Assembly: GCA_964544725.1 (NCBI GenBank)
Contig: CAZJDG010000018.1
Coordinates: 1 to 14,537 of the forward strand
Origin: Candidatus Woesearchaeota archaeon
GTDB taxonomy: Archaea; Nanobdellota; Nanobdellia; Pacearchaeales; GW2011-AR1
DNA length: 14,537 bases
Reading direction: 5' to 3'
Below are positions 5,509 to 13,442 of this stretch, in pieces; within the stretch, counting starts at the first letter, position 1; the number at the start of each line of letters is the position of its first letter. Below the pieces are notes generated by a model, which worked only from the letters and a program-made list of their open reading frames with translations, was not told the DNA's origin and ran no database searches. A program made the translations under genes and the position numbers.

Positions 5509-5660
5509 TTTCTACTTCCTTTAACTTTTTAGAAAAGAGTCTTTTATCCACTAAATCCAAGTACCTTTTCCTGCCCCAACAAATTTTGCTTTAATCAATC
5601 CCTCTTCTCTAAGATTATTCTATAAGTTTTTCTGGATAACTTATCAAGTTATTTGTCCAT
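5501..5660 (-). pseudogene. decayed small winged-helix (wHTH) DNA-binding gene remnant
   Basis: The minus strand gives three consecutive fragments in different frames. They are MDK*LDKLSRKTYRIILEKRD*, NNLREEGLIKAKFVGAGKGTWI* and LDLVDKRLFSKKLKEVENE*. Joined, they look like a recognition helix, a wing and a C-terminal helix. The last fragment's stop overlaps the start region of the 5508 gene. The region is short and AT-rich, so over-reading is possible. Confidence 0.3.
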
Positions 5661-5744
5661 TATTTATGATTCATTTAATATTGCGTGATAAAGAATATAA
5701 AAAAGTATCGTTTAATATTAAATGACTGCAAGGAAATAGTTAAA

Positions 5745-5897
5745 ATGGCAAAAGTTCGTTACGTTAATATTTCAGTTCCAGATAAATTAGCAAAAGCTAT
5801 TGAAGATTATATTAAAGAACATCCTGAATTAGATTTAAGAAGTAGGGCCCAAGTTGTTAATTTTGCATTAAGAAAGTTGTTTGTTGATGGGAAATAG
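5745..5897 (+). CDS. ribbon-helix-helix (CopG/Arc/MetJ-like) DNA-binding protein
   Basis: 50 aa from the ATG at 5745: MAKVRYVNISVPDKLAKAIEDYIKEHPELDLRSRAQVVNFALRKLFVDGK. This is a beta strand (VNISVP) followed by two helices, the typical RHH layout. I consider the GTG start at 5685 in the ORF track unlikely. Confidence 0.6.
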   Translation: MAKVRYVNISVPDKLAKAIEDYIKEHPELDLRSRAQVVNFALRKLFVDGK

Positions 5898-5898
5898 A

Positions 5899-5905
5899 TT
5901 TTTTT
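5899..5905 (+). terminator. oligo-T (T7) termination signal after the RHH gene
   Basis: A T7 run begins 2 nt after the TAG stop. Confidence 0.35.
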
Positions 5906-5937
5906 AACAAATTATATAAATCTAAGAAATCAAAAGG

Positions 5938-5956
5938 TTTTTAAACCAATTTTTAG
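5938..5956 (+). repeat. copy 1 of the 19-bp direct repeat TTTTTAAACCAATTTTTAG (contains a TATA-like TTTTTAAA)
   Basis: An exact 19/19 match to 5998-6016, exactly 60 nt upstream of it. It lies in the intergenic region upstream of rpoH. Confidence 0.9.
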
Positions 5957-5997
5957 TTTCTTTTATTATTGGCCAGTTGTTAAAATAAATCAATAAA

Positions 5998-6016
5998 TTT
6001 TTAAACCAATTTTTAG
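5998..6016 (+). repeat. copy 2 of the 19-bp direct repeat TTTTTAAACCAATTTTTAG, ending 1 nt before the rpoH ATG
   Basis: Exact repeat of 5938-5956. The rpoH ATG at 6018 follows. Confidence 0.9.
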
Positions 6017-6017
6017 C

Positions 6018-6227
6018 ATGCACATTCTCCAACCAAAACACAGCAAACTAAATGAAAAAGAGTCTGAAAAGTTATTACAAAATCTAAATGTTTCTAAATC
6101 GCAACTACCCAAAATATATCTAAGTGATTCAGTATTACCTGAAGGGGCTGATGTCGGAGATGTTATAAAAATAGAAAGAAAAGGCCCTGATGGAAAATTA
6201 AATTTATATTACAGAGTTGTTGTTTAA
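6018..6227 (+). CDS. rpoH: DNA-directed RNA polymerase subunit H (Rpo5 / Rpb5 C-terminal domain homologue)
   Basis: 69 aa. HILQPKHSKLNEKESEKLLQNLNVSKSQLPKIYLSDSV...GDVIKIER...YYRVVV matches the archaeal RpoH pattern (H.LVPKHeiLseeE...l....qLPkI...DP......GdvvkI.R). It sits immediately upstream of rpoB. Confidence 0.9.
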   Translation: MHILQPKHSKLNEKESEKLLQNLNVSKSQLPKIYLSDSVLPEGADVGDVIKIERKGPDGKLNLYYRVVV

Positions 6228-6228
6228 T

Positions 6229-9200
6229 ATGAAAAACAACAGCCATATCGTTGTAAAAAAATATCTATCAGATCACTCCCTAGTACAATCAAATATTACT
6301 TCTTATAATAATTTTATCGAAAAAAGACTCCAAGAGATTGTCGATGAAATTTCAGAAACAATTGATAACGAAGACTTTGAAATAATTCTTGGAAAAGTTA
6401 AAGTGGGGAAACCAAGAATTATAGAATCCGATGGAAGTTCGGAAGACGTACTCCCTTATGAAGTAAGACTTAGAAATCTGACTTATTCTGCACCAATCAC
6501 TCTTGAAATGACTATCAAAAAAGATGGTCAAATTGACTCGGAAATAGTTGAAATTGGAAGAATTCCAGTAATGGTTGGAAGCAATGTGTGTAATACTCAT
6601 GGAATGTCTGAAGAGGAATTAATAAACAATTATAATGATCCTAAAGATTCAGGAGGTTACTTCATAATTAATGGAAATGAAAGAGTCATGGTTATGTCTG
6701 AAGACTTAGCAGAAAACCAACCATTCATTGAATACAACTCAAAAAAAGAACTTCATTTAAGATTATTCTCTTCAAGAGGAACCTACAGAATTCCAACAAC
6801 TATATCAGAAAGTAAAGAAGGACTTCTTGAGTTAAGTTTCAGTAGATTTAGAGATCTTCCAGCGGTTGTTATTTTGAAGGCATTAGGAATGGTAAAAGAA
6901 TCCGATATTGCCAAATTTATTGGAAAAGAAACAGATAGTGTTATTGTTAATCTTTACGAATTCGTTAATATAAACACATCAGAGGATGCATTGATGTACA
7001 TCGCTGAAAAAGCATCTTTACAAGGAACAAAAAAAGAAATTCTTGATAGAGCAAAACAAAGAATTGATTCTTATTTGTATCCACATATAGGTCAAAAGAA
7101 AGAAGATAGAATCAAAAAAGCAATTACCTTATGTAAATTAATCAAACAATATTTAGTTGCTAAAGAAAATCCTCATTTGAAAACAGATAAAGACCATTAT
7201 GCGAACAAAAGAGTGAGATTGTCCGGGGATTTATTAGCAAGTTTGTTCAGAGTTAATCTTGGAGTTTTAGTAAGAGATATTCACTATTCTTTACAAAAGG
7301 CTTCAAAAAGAAAAAAAATATTCTCAATTAGAACAATTGCAAAATCAACTTTATTCTCACATAGAATTGAATCTGCAATAGCGACTGGAAGTTGGACTGG
7401 AGAAAGATCAGGTGTTACCCAAAATATGGATAAGACAAATTATCTAGCAATTATTTCTCAATTGCAGAGAGTTTCATCTATGTTGCCCTCAGAACAAGAA
7501 AACTTCTTAGCAAGAACATTACATCCAACTCATTATGGTAAATTCTGTCCAATCGAAACTCCTGAAGGAACTGAAATTGGACTAAGAAAAAACCTTGCCA
7601 TTTTATGTCAAATTTCTACAAGGACCGATTTAGATGAAGAAAAGTTTTTGAAAGATTTAGAATCTGAAGGCTTAGATAAAGAAGGAGTTGCAGGAACTGA
7701 TGTTTTCCTTAACGGAAGATTCATTGGAAATGTAGCATCTCCTGATGATTTTGTAAAGAAGATAAGGGAAAAAAGAAGAGATGGCGAACTACCCTTACAA
7801 CTAAACATAAGATCTGATTCTAATTTTGAAATTATTACAATTTCGACAGAACCAGGAAGAGCACTAAGACCATTAATAATTGTTGATAATGGAATCCCAA
7901 GATTAACAAAAGAACATTTACTTAGATTGGAACAAGATGAAATTAACTGGGATTATTTAATCAAAGAAAAAGTGATTGAATATCTAGATACCTCTGAAGA
8001 AGAAAATGCACTAGTCTCATTATACGAAGAAGAATTAACACATGAACACACTCACTTAGAAATTGATTCTATGGATTTGCTTGGAGTTGTTACAAGTTTA
8101 GTTCCTTACGGAAACCACGACCAAAGTTCAAGATTAAACAGAGGAAGTAAGACTCAGAAGCAAGCTTTAGGTTTGTATGCTGCAAATTACTTATGTAGAT
8201 TGGACACAGATGTATCTATTTTACAATATCCCCAAAAACCAATCGTAAGAAGTTTTGTCTATGACACATTAGACACTTATCCTGCTGGACAAAATTTAGT
8301 GGTTGCAATTATGACTCATGAAGGATACAACATGGAGGATGCTTTAGTTTTCAACAAGGGCAGTATTGACAGAGGGGTTGGAAGAAGTTTTTATTTTAGA
8401 CCCCATTCTGCAGTCGAAATGAATTATGCAGGAAGTTTAAAAGATGAAATTATAATTCCAGACAAAGACACATCAGGTTACAAAACTGAAGCAAGCTACA
8501 AGAACTTAGAAGATGATGGTGTTGTTTATCCTGAAGCAGAAATCAATGAAGGAGAAGTTTTAATCGGAAAAATCTCACCCCCAAAATTCTTGTCAGAAGC
8601 TAGAGAAATTTCAGTTAGAACAAAAAAAGAATCAAGTGTAACAATGAAGCAAGAAGAAAAAGGAACTGTTGAATCTGTTTTCATAACTCAAGATTCAGAA
8701 GGAAACAAAATCGTCCAAGTTAAAACAAGAGATTTAAGAATCCCTGAAATTGGAGATAAATTCGCTACTTCGCATGGCCAGAAAGGAGTTATTGGGGCAA
8801 TAATTCCTGAAAATGATGTTTCTTTTACTTCAAGAGGAATAAGACCTGACGTAATTTTCAATCCACATGGTTTATCAAGTAGAATGACTATGGGATACCT
8901 TTTAGAATTGCTTGCTGGAAAAGTAGGATGCCTCAGAGGTAAAATTGTTGATGGAACTCCTTTCTCTGGAGAAACTAAGTCTGAATTAGAAGGTCAATTA
9001 GTAAATTTAGGATTTAGATTTGATGGGAAAGAAGCCATGTACAATGGAGTTACTGGAAAAAGAATGGATGTTAAAATATTCGTTGGAAACTTATACTATT
9101 TGAAACTGAAATATATGGTGGCAAACAAGATACATGGAAGAGCCTCTGGAAAAATCGCCCTATTAACAAGACAGCCAATCGAAGGAAGATCAAGAGGAGG

Positions 9201-9483
9201 AGCATTAAGATTAGGAGAAATGGAGCAGCAAGCATTAGTTGCACATGGAGCATCTCTATTACTAAAAGAAAGATATGATTCTGATAAGGTAATATTACAT
9301 ATTTGTACAAAATGTGGAACAATTGCAGTTGAAGACAATATTAGGGAAAAAATCTACTGTCCTTCTTGTTCCAGTGAAGAGGCTGAACCTGTAGAAGTTT
9401 CTTATGCGTTCAAATTACTATTGGAAGAACTTCAAGGATTACATATTCAAACTAAACTTGGTCTAAAGAACAAATACGAGTAA
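6229..9483 (+). CDS. rpoB: DNA-directed RNA polymerase subunit B (unsplit)
   Basis: About 1084 aa from the ATG at 6229 (TAA-T-ATG junction with rpoH). Hallmark blocks are GYFIINGNERV, GDKFATSHGQKG, RMTMGYLLE, GEMEQQALVAHGA and the C-terminal Zn ribbon CTKCG...CPSC. Confidence 0.97.
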   Translation: MKNNSHIVVKKYLSDHSLVQSNITSYNNFIEKRLQEIVDEISETIDNEDFEIILGKVKVGKPRIIESDGSSEDVLPYEVRLRNLTYSAPITLEMTIKKDGQIDSEIVEIGRIPVMVGSNVCNTHGMSEEELINNYNDPKDSGGYFIINGNERVMVMSEDLAENQPFIEYNSKKELHLRLFSSRGTYRIPTTISESKEGLLELSFSRFRDLPAVVILKALGMVKESDIAKFIGKETDSVIVNLYEFVNINTSEDALMYIAEKASLQGTKKEILDRAKQRIDSYLYPHIGQKKEDRIKKAITLCKLIKQYLVAKENPHLKTDKDHYANKRVRLSGDLLASLFRVNLGVLVRDIHYSLQKASKRKKIFSIRTIAKSTLFSHRIESAIATGSWTGERSGVTQNMDKTNYLAIISQLQRVSSMLPSEQENFLARTLHPTHYGKFCPIETPEGTEIGLRKNLAILCQISTRTDLDEEKFLKDLESEGLDKEGVAGTDVFLNGRFIGNVASPDDFVKKIREKRRDGELPLQLNIRSDSNFEIITISTEPGRALRPLIIVDNGIPRLTKEHLLRLEQDEINWDYLIKEKVIEYLDTSEEENALVSLYEEELTHEHTHLEIDSMDLLGVVTSLVPYGNHDQSSRLNRGSKTQKQALGLYAANYLCRLDTDVSILQYPQKPIVRSFVYDTLDTYPAGQNLVVAIMTHEGYNMEDALVFNKGSIDRGVGRSFYFRPHSAVEMNYAGSLKDEIIIPDKDTSGYKTEASYKNLEDDGVVYPEAEINEGEVLIGKISPPKFLSEAREISVRTKKESSVTMKQEEKGTVESVFITQDSEGNKIVQVKTRDLRIPEIGDKFATSHGQKGVIGAIIPENDVSFTSRGIRPDVIFNPHGLSSRMTMGYLLELLAGKVGCLRGKIVDGTPFSGETKSELEGQLVNLGFRFDGKEAMYNGVTGKRMDVKIFVGNLYYLKLKYMVANKIHGRASGKIALLTRQPIEGRSRGGALRLGEMEQQALVAHGASLLLKERYDSDKVILHICTKCGTIAVEDNIREKIYCPSCSSEEAEPVEVSYAFKLLLEELQGLHIQTKLGLKNKYE

Positions 9484-9501
9484 TCAAAGGTCATAATTAA
9501 A

Positions 9502-12500
9502 ATGTCAAAAGCAATTAAGAAAAAAATATCTGAAATAAAGTTTGTTCTGATTAGTCCAGAGCAAATTAAAAAGATTTCAGTTGCAAAAATTGTAACACCT
9601 GAACTTTATGATATTGATCAGTACCCAGTTGATGGCGGATTAATGGACTTGAGACTTGGTGCAATAGACCCAGGAGTAAGATGTAGAACTTGTGGTGGAA
9701 GATTAAAAGAATGTCTTGGACACTCTGGAAGGATTGAATTAGCAAGACCAGTAATGCATTTGAAATATGTTCCCCTAATTGAAACTGGTTTAAGATGTTT
9801 CTGTCACGAATGTGGAAAATTAATGCTTAGTGATAAAGACTTAGTAAAATATCCAGCAAGCGAGAGAGCTAAAAAAGCTAAAGATTGTAAGAGATGCCCA
9901 CACTGTAATACTGCTCATGAAAAAGTAAAAACTGAAAAGCCAACAAGTTTCTATATTGGAAAAAAGAGACTTTTCCCAACAAAAATAAGAGAAATTTTAG
10001 TTAATATTCCAGATGAAGAATTAAGAAAGATTGGAGTAGACCCTGAAGGAGCGAGACCTGAATGGGCTGTTTTAACTTTACTTTTAGTTCCTTCTGTAAC
10101 AATTAGACCAAGTATTGTTCTTGAATCTGGAGAAAAAAGTGAAGATGATTTAACACATAAACTTTCAGACATAATTAGAGCAAATCAAAGACTTTGGGAA
10201 AACCTAAATGCAGGGGCTCCAGAAGTTATTATTGAAGATTTATGGGATTTATTACAATTCCACATAACAACTTTCTTCGACAATGCAGTTTCAAAAATCC
10301 CCCCAGCAAGACACAGAAGTGGACAACCATTAAAAACAATCACTGAAAGAATTAAAGGAAAAGAAGGAAGAATCAGAAAGAACCTTGCAGGAAAAAGAGT
10401 CAATTATTCTGCAAGAACTGTTGTTTCTCCAGACCCATCTATTGATCTTAATGAAGTTGGAATTCCTTTAGAAATTGCAAAAATTGTAACTGTAGCAGAA
10501 ACAGTTAATGACATTAATCTTGAAAAGCTAAAAAAATTAATAGAAAATGGAGAAAATTATCCTGGAGCAAATTACATAATAAGACCTGATGGAAAAAAGA
10601 AAAAAATAACAGAAGAATTGAAAGAAGAAATTATGAGTGAAATTATCCCTGGATATCAAGTTGAGAGACATTTACAAGAAGGAGACATAGTTCTATTCAA
10701 TAGACATCCTAGTTTACACAAGGGAAGTTTAATGGCACACTATGTAAAAATTTTACCAGGAAGAACATTCAGATTGCACCCAGGAACAACTTTCCCATAT
10801 AATGCTGATTTTGATGGAGATGAAATGAATATTCACTCTCCACAAACTGAAGAAGCGAGAGCTGAAGCAATAAATTTACTGGATGTTAAACAAAATTTAA
10901 TGTCTCCAAAAAATAATACTAATTTTTTAGGATTCAGTGCTGACGCAATAACTGGAAATTATTTATTAGGATTAAAAGAATTTGATTCTGGATCTGCAAA
11001 CCAACTACTTTATAATTCCGGAATAGACAGTTCATTCTCAAAAAAGAATATTTCAGGGGAAAAAATTTTCTCCCAATTTATCCCTAAGATTAATTTCTCA
11101 AATGATTCCATACAAATAAAGGATGGAAATATCATAAAAGGTAAAATTGACAAAACTCTTTTTGGAAGTGAAGATGGAGAATTAGTCAAACATCTAGATA
11201 AAGAAGTTGGAAGAGCTGAAACAACCAAAATAATCAAAAATTTATTTGACTTGGGAATAAATTATTTAACAGATAGAGGAATAACTATCTCTCTTGAAGA
11301 TTTGAATCTACCTGTAAAGGCACTTACAGAAAGTAAGGAAATTATAAATAGGGCTGAAAAGAAAGTTGAAAACATAATTGAAGAATACAAACAAGAGCAA
11401 GTAGAAATAATGCCAGGAAGAACTAAAGAAGAAACTAGGGAAATCAAAATTCTTCAAACTCTAAACGAAGTAAGAACAAAAATTGGGGAAATGGTGAAGA
11501 AAGAATTCCCTGAAGATAATCCGGTAAACCATATGATTACTTCTGGGGGTGGTGGAAATATTCTGAATATAACTCAAATAGCATGTTGTGTGGGTCAACA
11601 GGCTCTAGGGGGTAAAAGAGTTGACATAGGATACAATCAAAGAACATTACCTTTCTTTAAGAAAGAAGAAATCTCCCCAGCATCAAGAGGATTCATTAAT
11701 AGTTCATTCATGAAAGGGCTGAGACCGGACGAATTCTTCTTTGGAGCAGTTACTGGAAGAGATTCTCTAATGGATACTGCATTAAGAACTCCTAAATCTG
11801 GTTACTTATATAGAAGACTTGCAAATGCATTCCAAGACTTAAAAGTAGAGTATGATGGAACAATAAGAGACAGTAATAATAATGTTATAGAATTCCAGTA
11901 TGGACATGATGGTTTGGATGTATCAAAACTTCACCTAGGGGAAAAAATCTCTTCCGGAGAAGCTATCGGAATCGTTACCGCACAATCATTCGGAGAATCC
12001 TCAACACAGATGGTTCTAAACACTTTCCATATGGCAGGTGTTCAGGAAATGCAGGTTACTGCAGGACTACCAAGAATTATAGAAATTTTTGACGCAAGAA
12101 AAAAACCTTCATCTCCAAAAATGGATATTTACCTATCAAAAGATAATAACAATGAAAAAGATGCAAAATCATTTGCTGAAAGAATCAAAGAAGTTAAAGT
12201 AAGTGAAATAGCTTCTGAAATAAAATTGAACTTTAGTGATAAAAGTATTGAAATTGTTTCAGACAAGCAAGGACTTAGGCAAGCACATCTCTCATTAAAA
12301 AAAGTTGTTGACAAATTGAATGATCTTGGGTACAACTCTAAAGAGAAAGGAGATTCAATAATCATGAATGTTTCTTTGCTAGACTTCAAAGAAATTTATA
12401 AGCTTAAAGAAAAAATAAAGAAAACAATAATTTCTGGAATTAAGGATATCAAAGAAGTTGTAGTTGTAAGGAAAGATAGAGATTACATGATTGCAACTGC

Positions 12501-12945
12501 AGGGACCAACTTGAAGAAAATTGTTGAATTAAAAGAAGTTGACAAAGATAAAACAATCTCAAATGATTTCCACGAAGTTGTAGAAGTTTTCGGAGTAGAA
12601 GTTGCAAGACAATTAATAATTGAAGAAATAAAAAAAGTTTTGAATACACAGGGAATTGATATTGATATAAGGCATTTAGAATTAGCTGCTGATGCAATGA
12701 GTAATACTGGTTCAATAAAAGGGATAACTAGAATGGGGATCATTGCCCAAAAATCTTCAATTCTTGCAAGAGCAACTTTCGAAACACCAGTAAAACAATT
12801 TGTAAACGCATCCGTAAAGGGGAATAAAGATAAGTTGACAAGTGTTATAGAAAACATTATACTCAATCAGCCAGTTCCCGTCGGTACGGGATTACCTGGT
12901 TTACTCGTAAAAGTAATTGGTTCTTTAGCAAAAAAGAAAGAATAA
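9502..12945 (+). CDS. rpoA: DNA-directed RNA polymerase largest subunit, A' and A'' portions encoded as one continuous ORF
   Basis: 1147 aa. N-terminal Zn sites CRTCGG...CLGHSG and CHECG...CPHC. Catalytic NADFDGDEM at 10801-10827. Bridge helix GRDSLMDTALRTPKSGYLYRRL. Trigger loop GEAIGIVTAQSFGESSTQMVLNTFHMAG at 11956-12039. A''-type C-terminus NQPVPVGTGL. No stop codon lies between the A' and A'' regions. Confidence 0.95.
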   Translation: MSKAIKKKISEIKFVLISPEQIKKISVAKIVTPELYDIDQYPVDGGLMDLRLGAIDPGVRCRTCGGRLKECLGHSGRIELARPVMHLKYVPLIETGLRCFCHECGKLMLSDKDLVKYPASERAKKAKDCKRCPHCNTAHEKVKTEKPTSFYIGKKRLFPTKIREILVNIPDEELRKIGVDPEGARPEWAVLTLLLVPSVTIRPSIVLESGEKSEDDLTHKLSDIIRANQRLWENLNAGAPEVIIEDLWDLLQFHITTFFDNAVSKIPPARHRSGQPLKTITERIKGKEGRIRKNLAGKRVNYSARTVVSPDPSIDLNEVGIPLEIAKIVTVAETVNDINLEKLKKLIENGENYPGANYIIRPDGKKKKITEELKEEIMSEIIPGYQVERHLQEGDIVLFNRHPSLHKGSLMAHYVKILPGRTFRLHPGTTFPYNADFDGDEMNIHSPQTEEARAEAINLLDVKQNLMSPKNNTNFLGFSADAITGNYLLGLKEFDSGSANQLLYNSGIDSSFSKKNISGEKIFSQFIPKINFSNDSIQIKDGNIIKGKIDKTLFGSEDGELVKHLDKEVGRAETTKIIKNLFDLGINYLTDRGITISLEDLNLPVKALTESKEIINRAEKKVENIIEEYKQEQVEIMPGRTKEETREIKILQTLNEVRTKIGEMVKKEFPEDNPVNHMITSGGGGNILNITQIACCVGQQALGGKRVDIGYNQRTLPFFKKEEISPASRGFINSSFMKGLRPDEFFFGAVTGRDSLMDTALRTPKSGYLYRRLANAFQDLKVEYDGTIRDSNNNVIEFQYGHDGLDVSKLHLGEKISSGEAIGIVTAQSFGESSTQMVLNTFHMAGVQEMQVTAGLPRIIEIFDARKKPSSPKMDIYLSKDNNNEKDAKSFAERIKEVKVSEIASEIKLNFSDKSIEIVSDKQGLRQAHLSLKKVVDKLNDLGYNSKEKGDSIIMNVSLLDFKEIYKLKEKIKKTIISGIKDIKEVVVVRKDRDYMIATAGTNLKKIVELKEVDKDKTISNDFHEVVEVFGVEVARQLIIEEIKKVLNTQGIDIDIRHLELAADAMSNTGSIKGITRMGIIAQKSSILARATFETPVKQFVNASVKGNKDKLTSVIENIILNQPVPVGTGLPGLLVKVIGSLAKKKE

Positions 12946-12970
12946 ATCTTTAGGAAAAGGAAAGATTAAG

Positions 12971-12978
12971 TTTTTAAA
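12971..12978 (+). promoter_or_regulatory. TATA-like box (TTTTTAAA) upstream of nusA
   Basis: This is the same TTTTTAAAC motif as in the 19-bp repeats. It lies about 50 nt upstream of the ATG at 13026, implying a UTR of about 25 nt if functional. Confidence 0.3.
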
Positions 12979-13025
12979 CAAAGAATTATTGAAAGTTTTA
13001 TGGATGAATTTTCTGATATAACAAA

Positions 13026-13442
13026 ATGGCTAATACTATAAATATGCAAGATATGCGGCACTTGAATTTATTCGGAAGAATAACACATATCAGCACAAGG
13101 TTCTGTTTCCCATATAATGAGCATATTATTTTCAGTGTTCCAATGAATCTTGTTTCAAAAGCAGTTGGAGAAAACGGAAGAAACATAAAAAAATTAAATG
13201 AAATTCTTGGAAAAAGAGTAAAAGTAGTTCCTTCTCCTAACGGAATTCAGGATGCAGAAAAATTCATCGAAAGGGTAATTAGCCCTACCCAATTTAGAGA
13301 AATAGAGCTAATAGATGATACAATAATTATAACGGCTGGTTCCCAAAACAAAGCAGCATTATTGGGAAGAAACAAAAGGAGATTATTAGAATTACAAAAA
13401 ATAGTTAAGAATTTTTTTGGAAAAGAGCTAAGAATTATTTAA
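13026..13442 (+). CDS. nusA: archaeal NusA-like transcription termination/antitermination factor (two KH domains)
   Basis: 138 aa. Two KH GxxG-type blocks are present, AVGENGRNIKKLNEILGKRVKVV and LLGRNKRRLLELQKIV. Its position after rpoA matches the conserved archaeal cluster. Confidence 0.85.
   Translation: MANTINMQDMRHLNLFGRITHISTRFCFPYNEHIIFSVPMNLVSKAVGENGRNIKKLNEILGKRVKVVPSPNGIQDAEKFIERVISPTQFREIELIDDTIIITAGSQNKAALLGRNKRRLLELQKIVKNFFGKELRII

Noticed and set aside
5685-5744. GTG-initiated 20-aa extension of the RHH protein, the TTG start at 6217 for rpoB and the TTG start at 3981 for the YefM-fold ORF.
   Set aside because: In each case an in-frame ATG lies just downstream (5745, 6229, 3990). 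Those ATGs fit the promoter spacing or the stop-start coupling, and the extensions add no conserved sequence.
4238-5900. Search for an att-type duplication of the tRNA-Lys 3' end that would delimit an integrated element.
   Set aside because: Scanning by eye, I found no second copy of GGTTCGAATCCCTTCGGGGCCA or a substantial part of it in the window. No integrase gene is present. The islet idea is kept only as a low-confidence finding.
5938-6016. Possibility that the 19-bp repeats are a mini CRISPR array.
   Set aside because: There are only two copies, both AT-rich and promoter-like, with no dyad symmetry typical of CRISPR repeats. No cas genes are present. Copy 2 abuts the rpoH start codon.
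6352-12866. Eleven minus-strand ORFs of 60-127 aa inside rpoB and rpoA: 6352-6600, 7608-7808, 9071-9322, 9096-9338, 9951-10172, 10185-10403, 11010-11237, 11262-11447, 12129-12389, 12449-12715 and 12483-12866.
   Set aside because: They lie entirely antisense to strongly supported, motif-rich RNAP genes. Their composition is low-complexity and Ser/Leu/Phe-rich, typical of shadow ORFs in AT-rich DNA. They have no promoter or family signal.
6229-12945. Inteins or large insertions in rpoB/rpoA.
   Set aside because: Both proteins are at or below the typical archaeal length. The conserved blocks are contiguous, and no Cys/Ser...His-Asn splice-junction modules or endonuclease motifs were seen.
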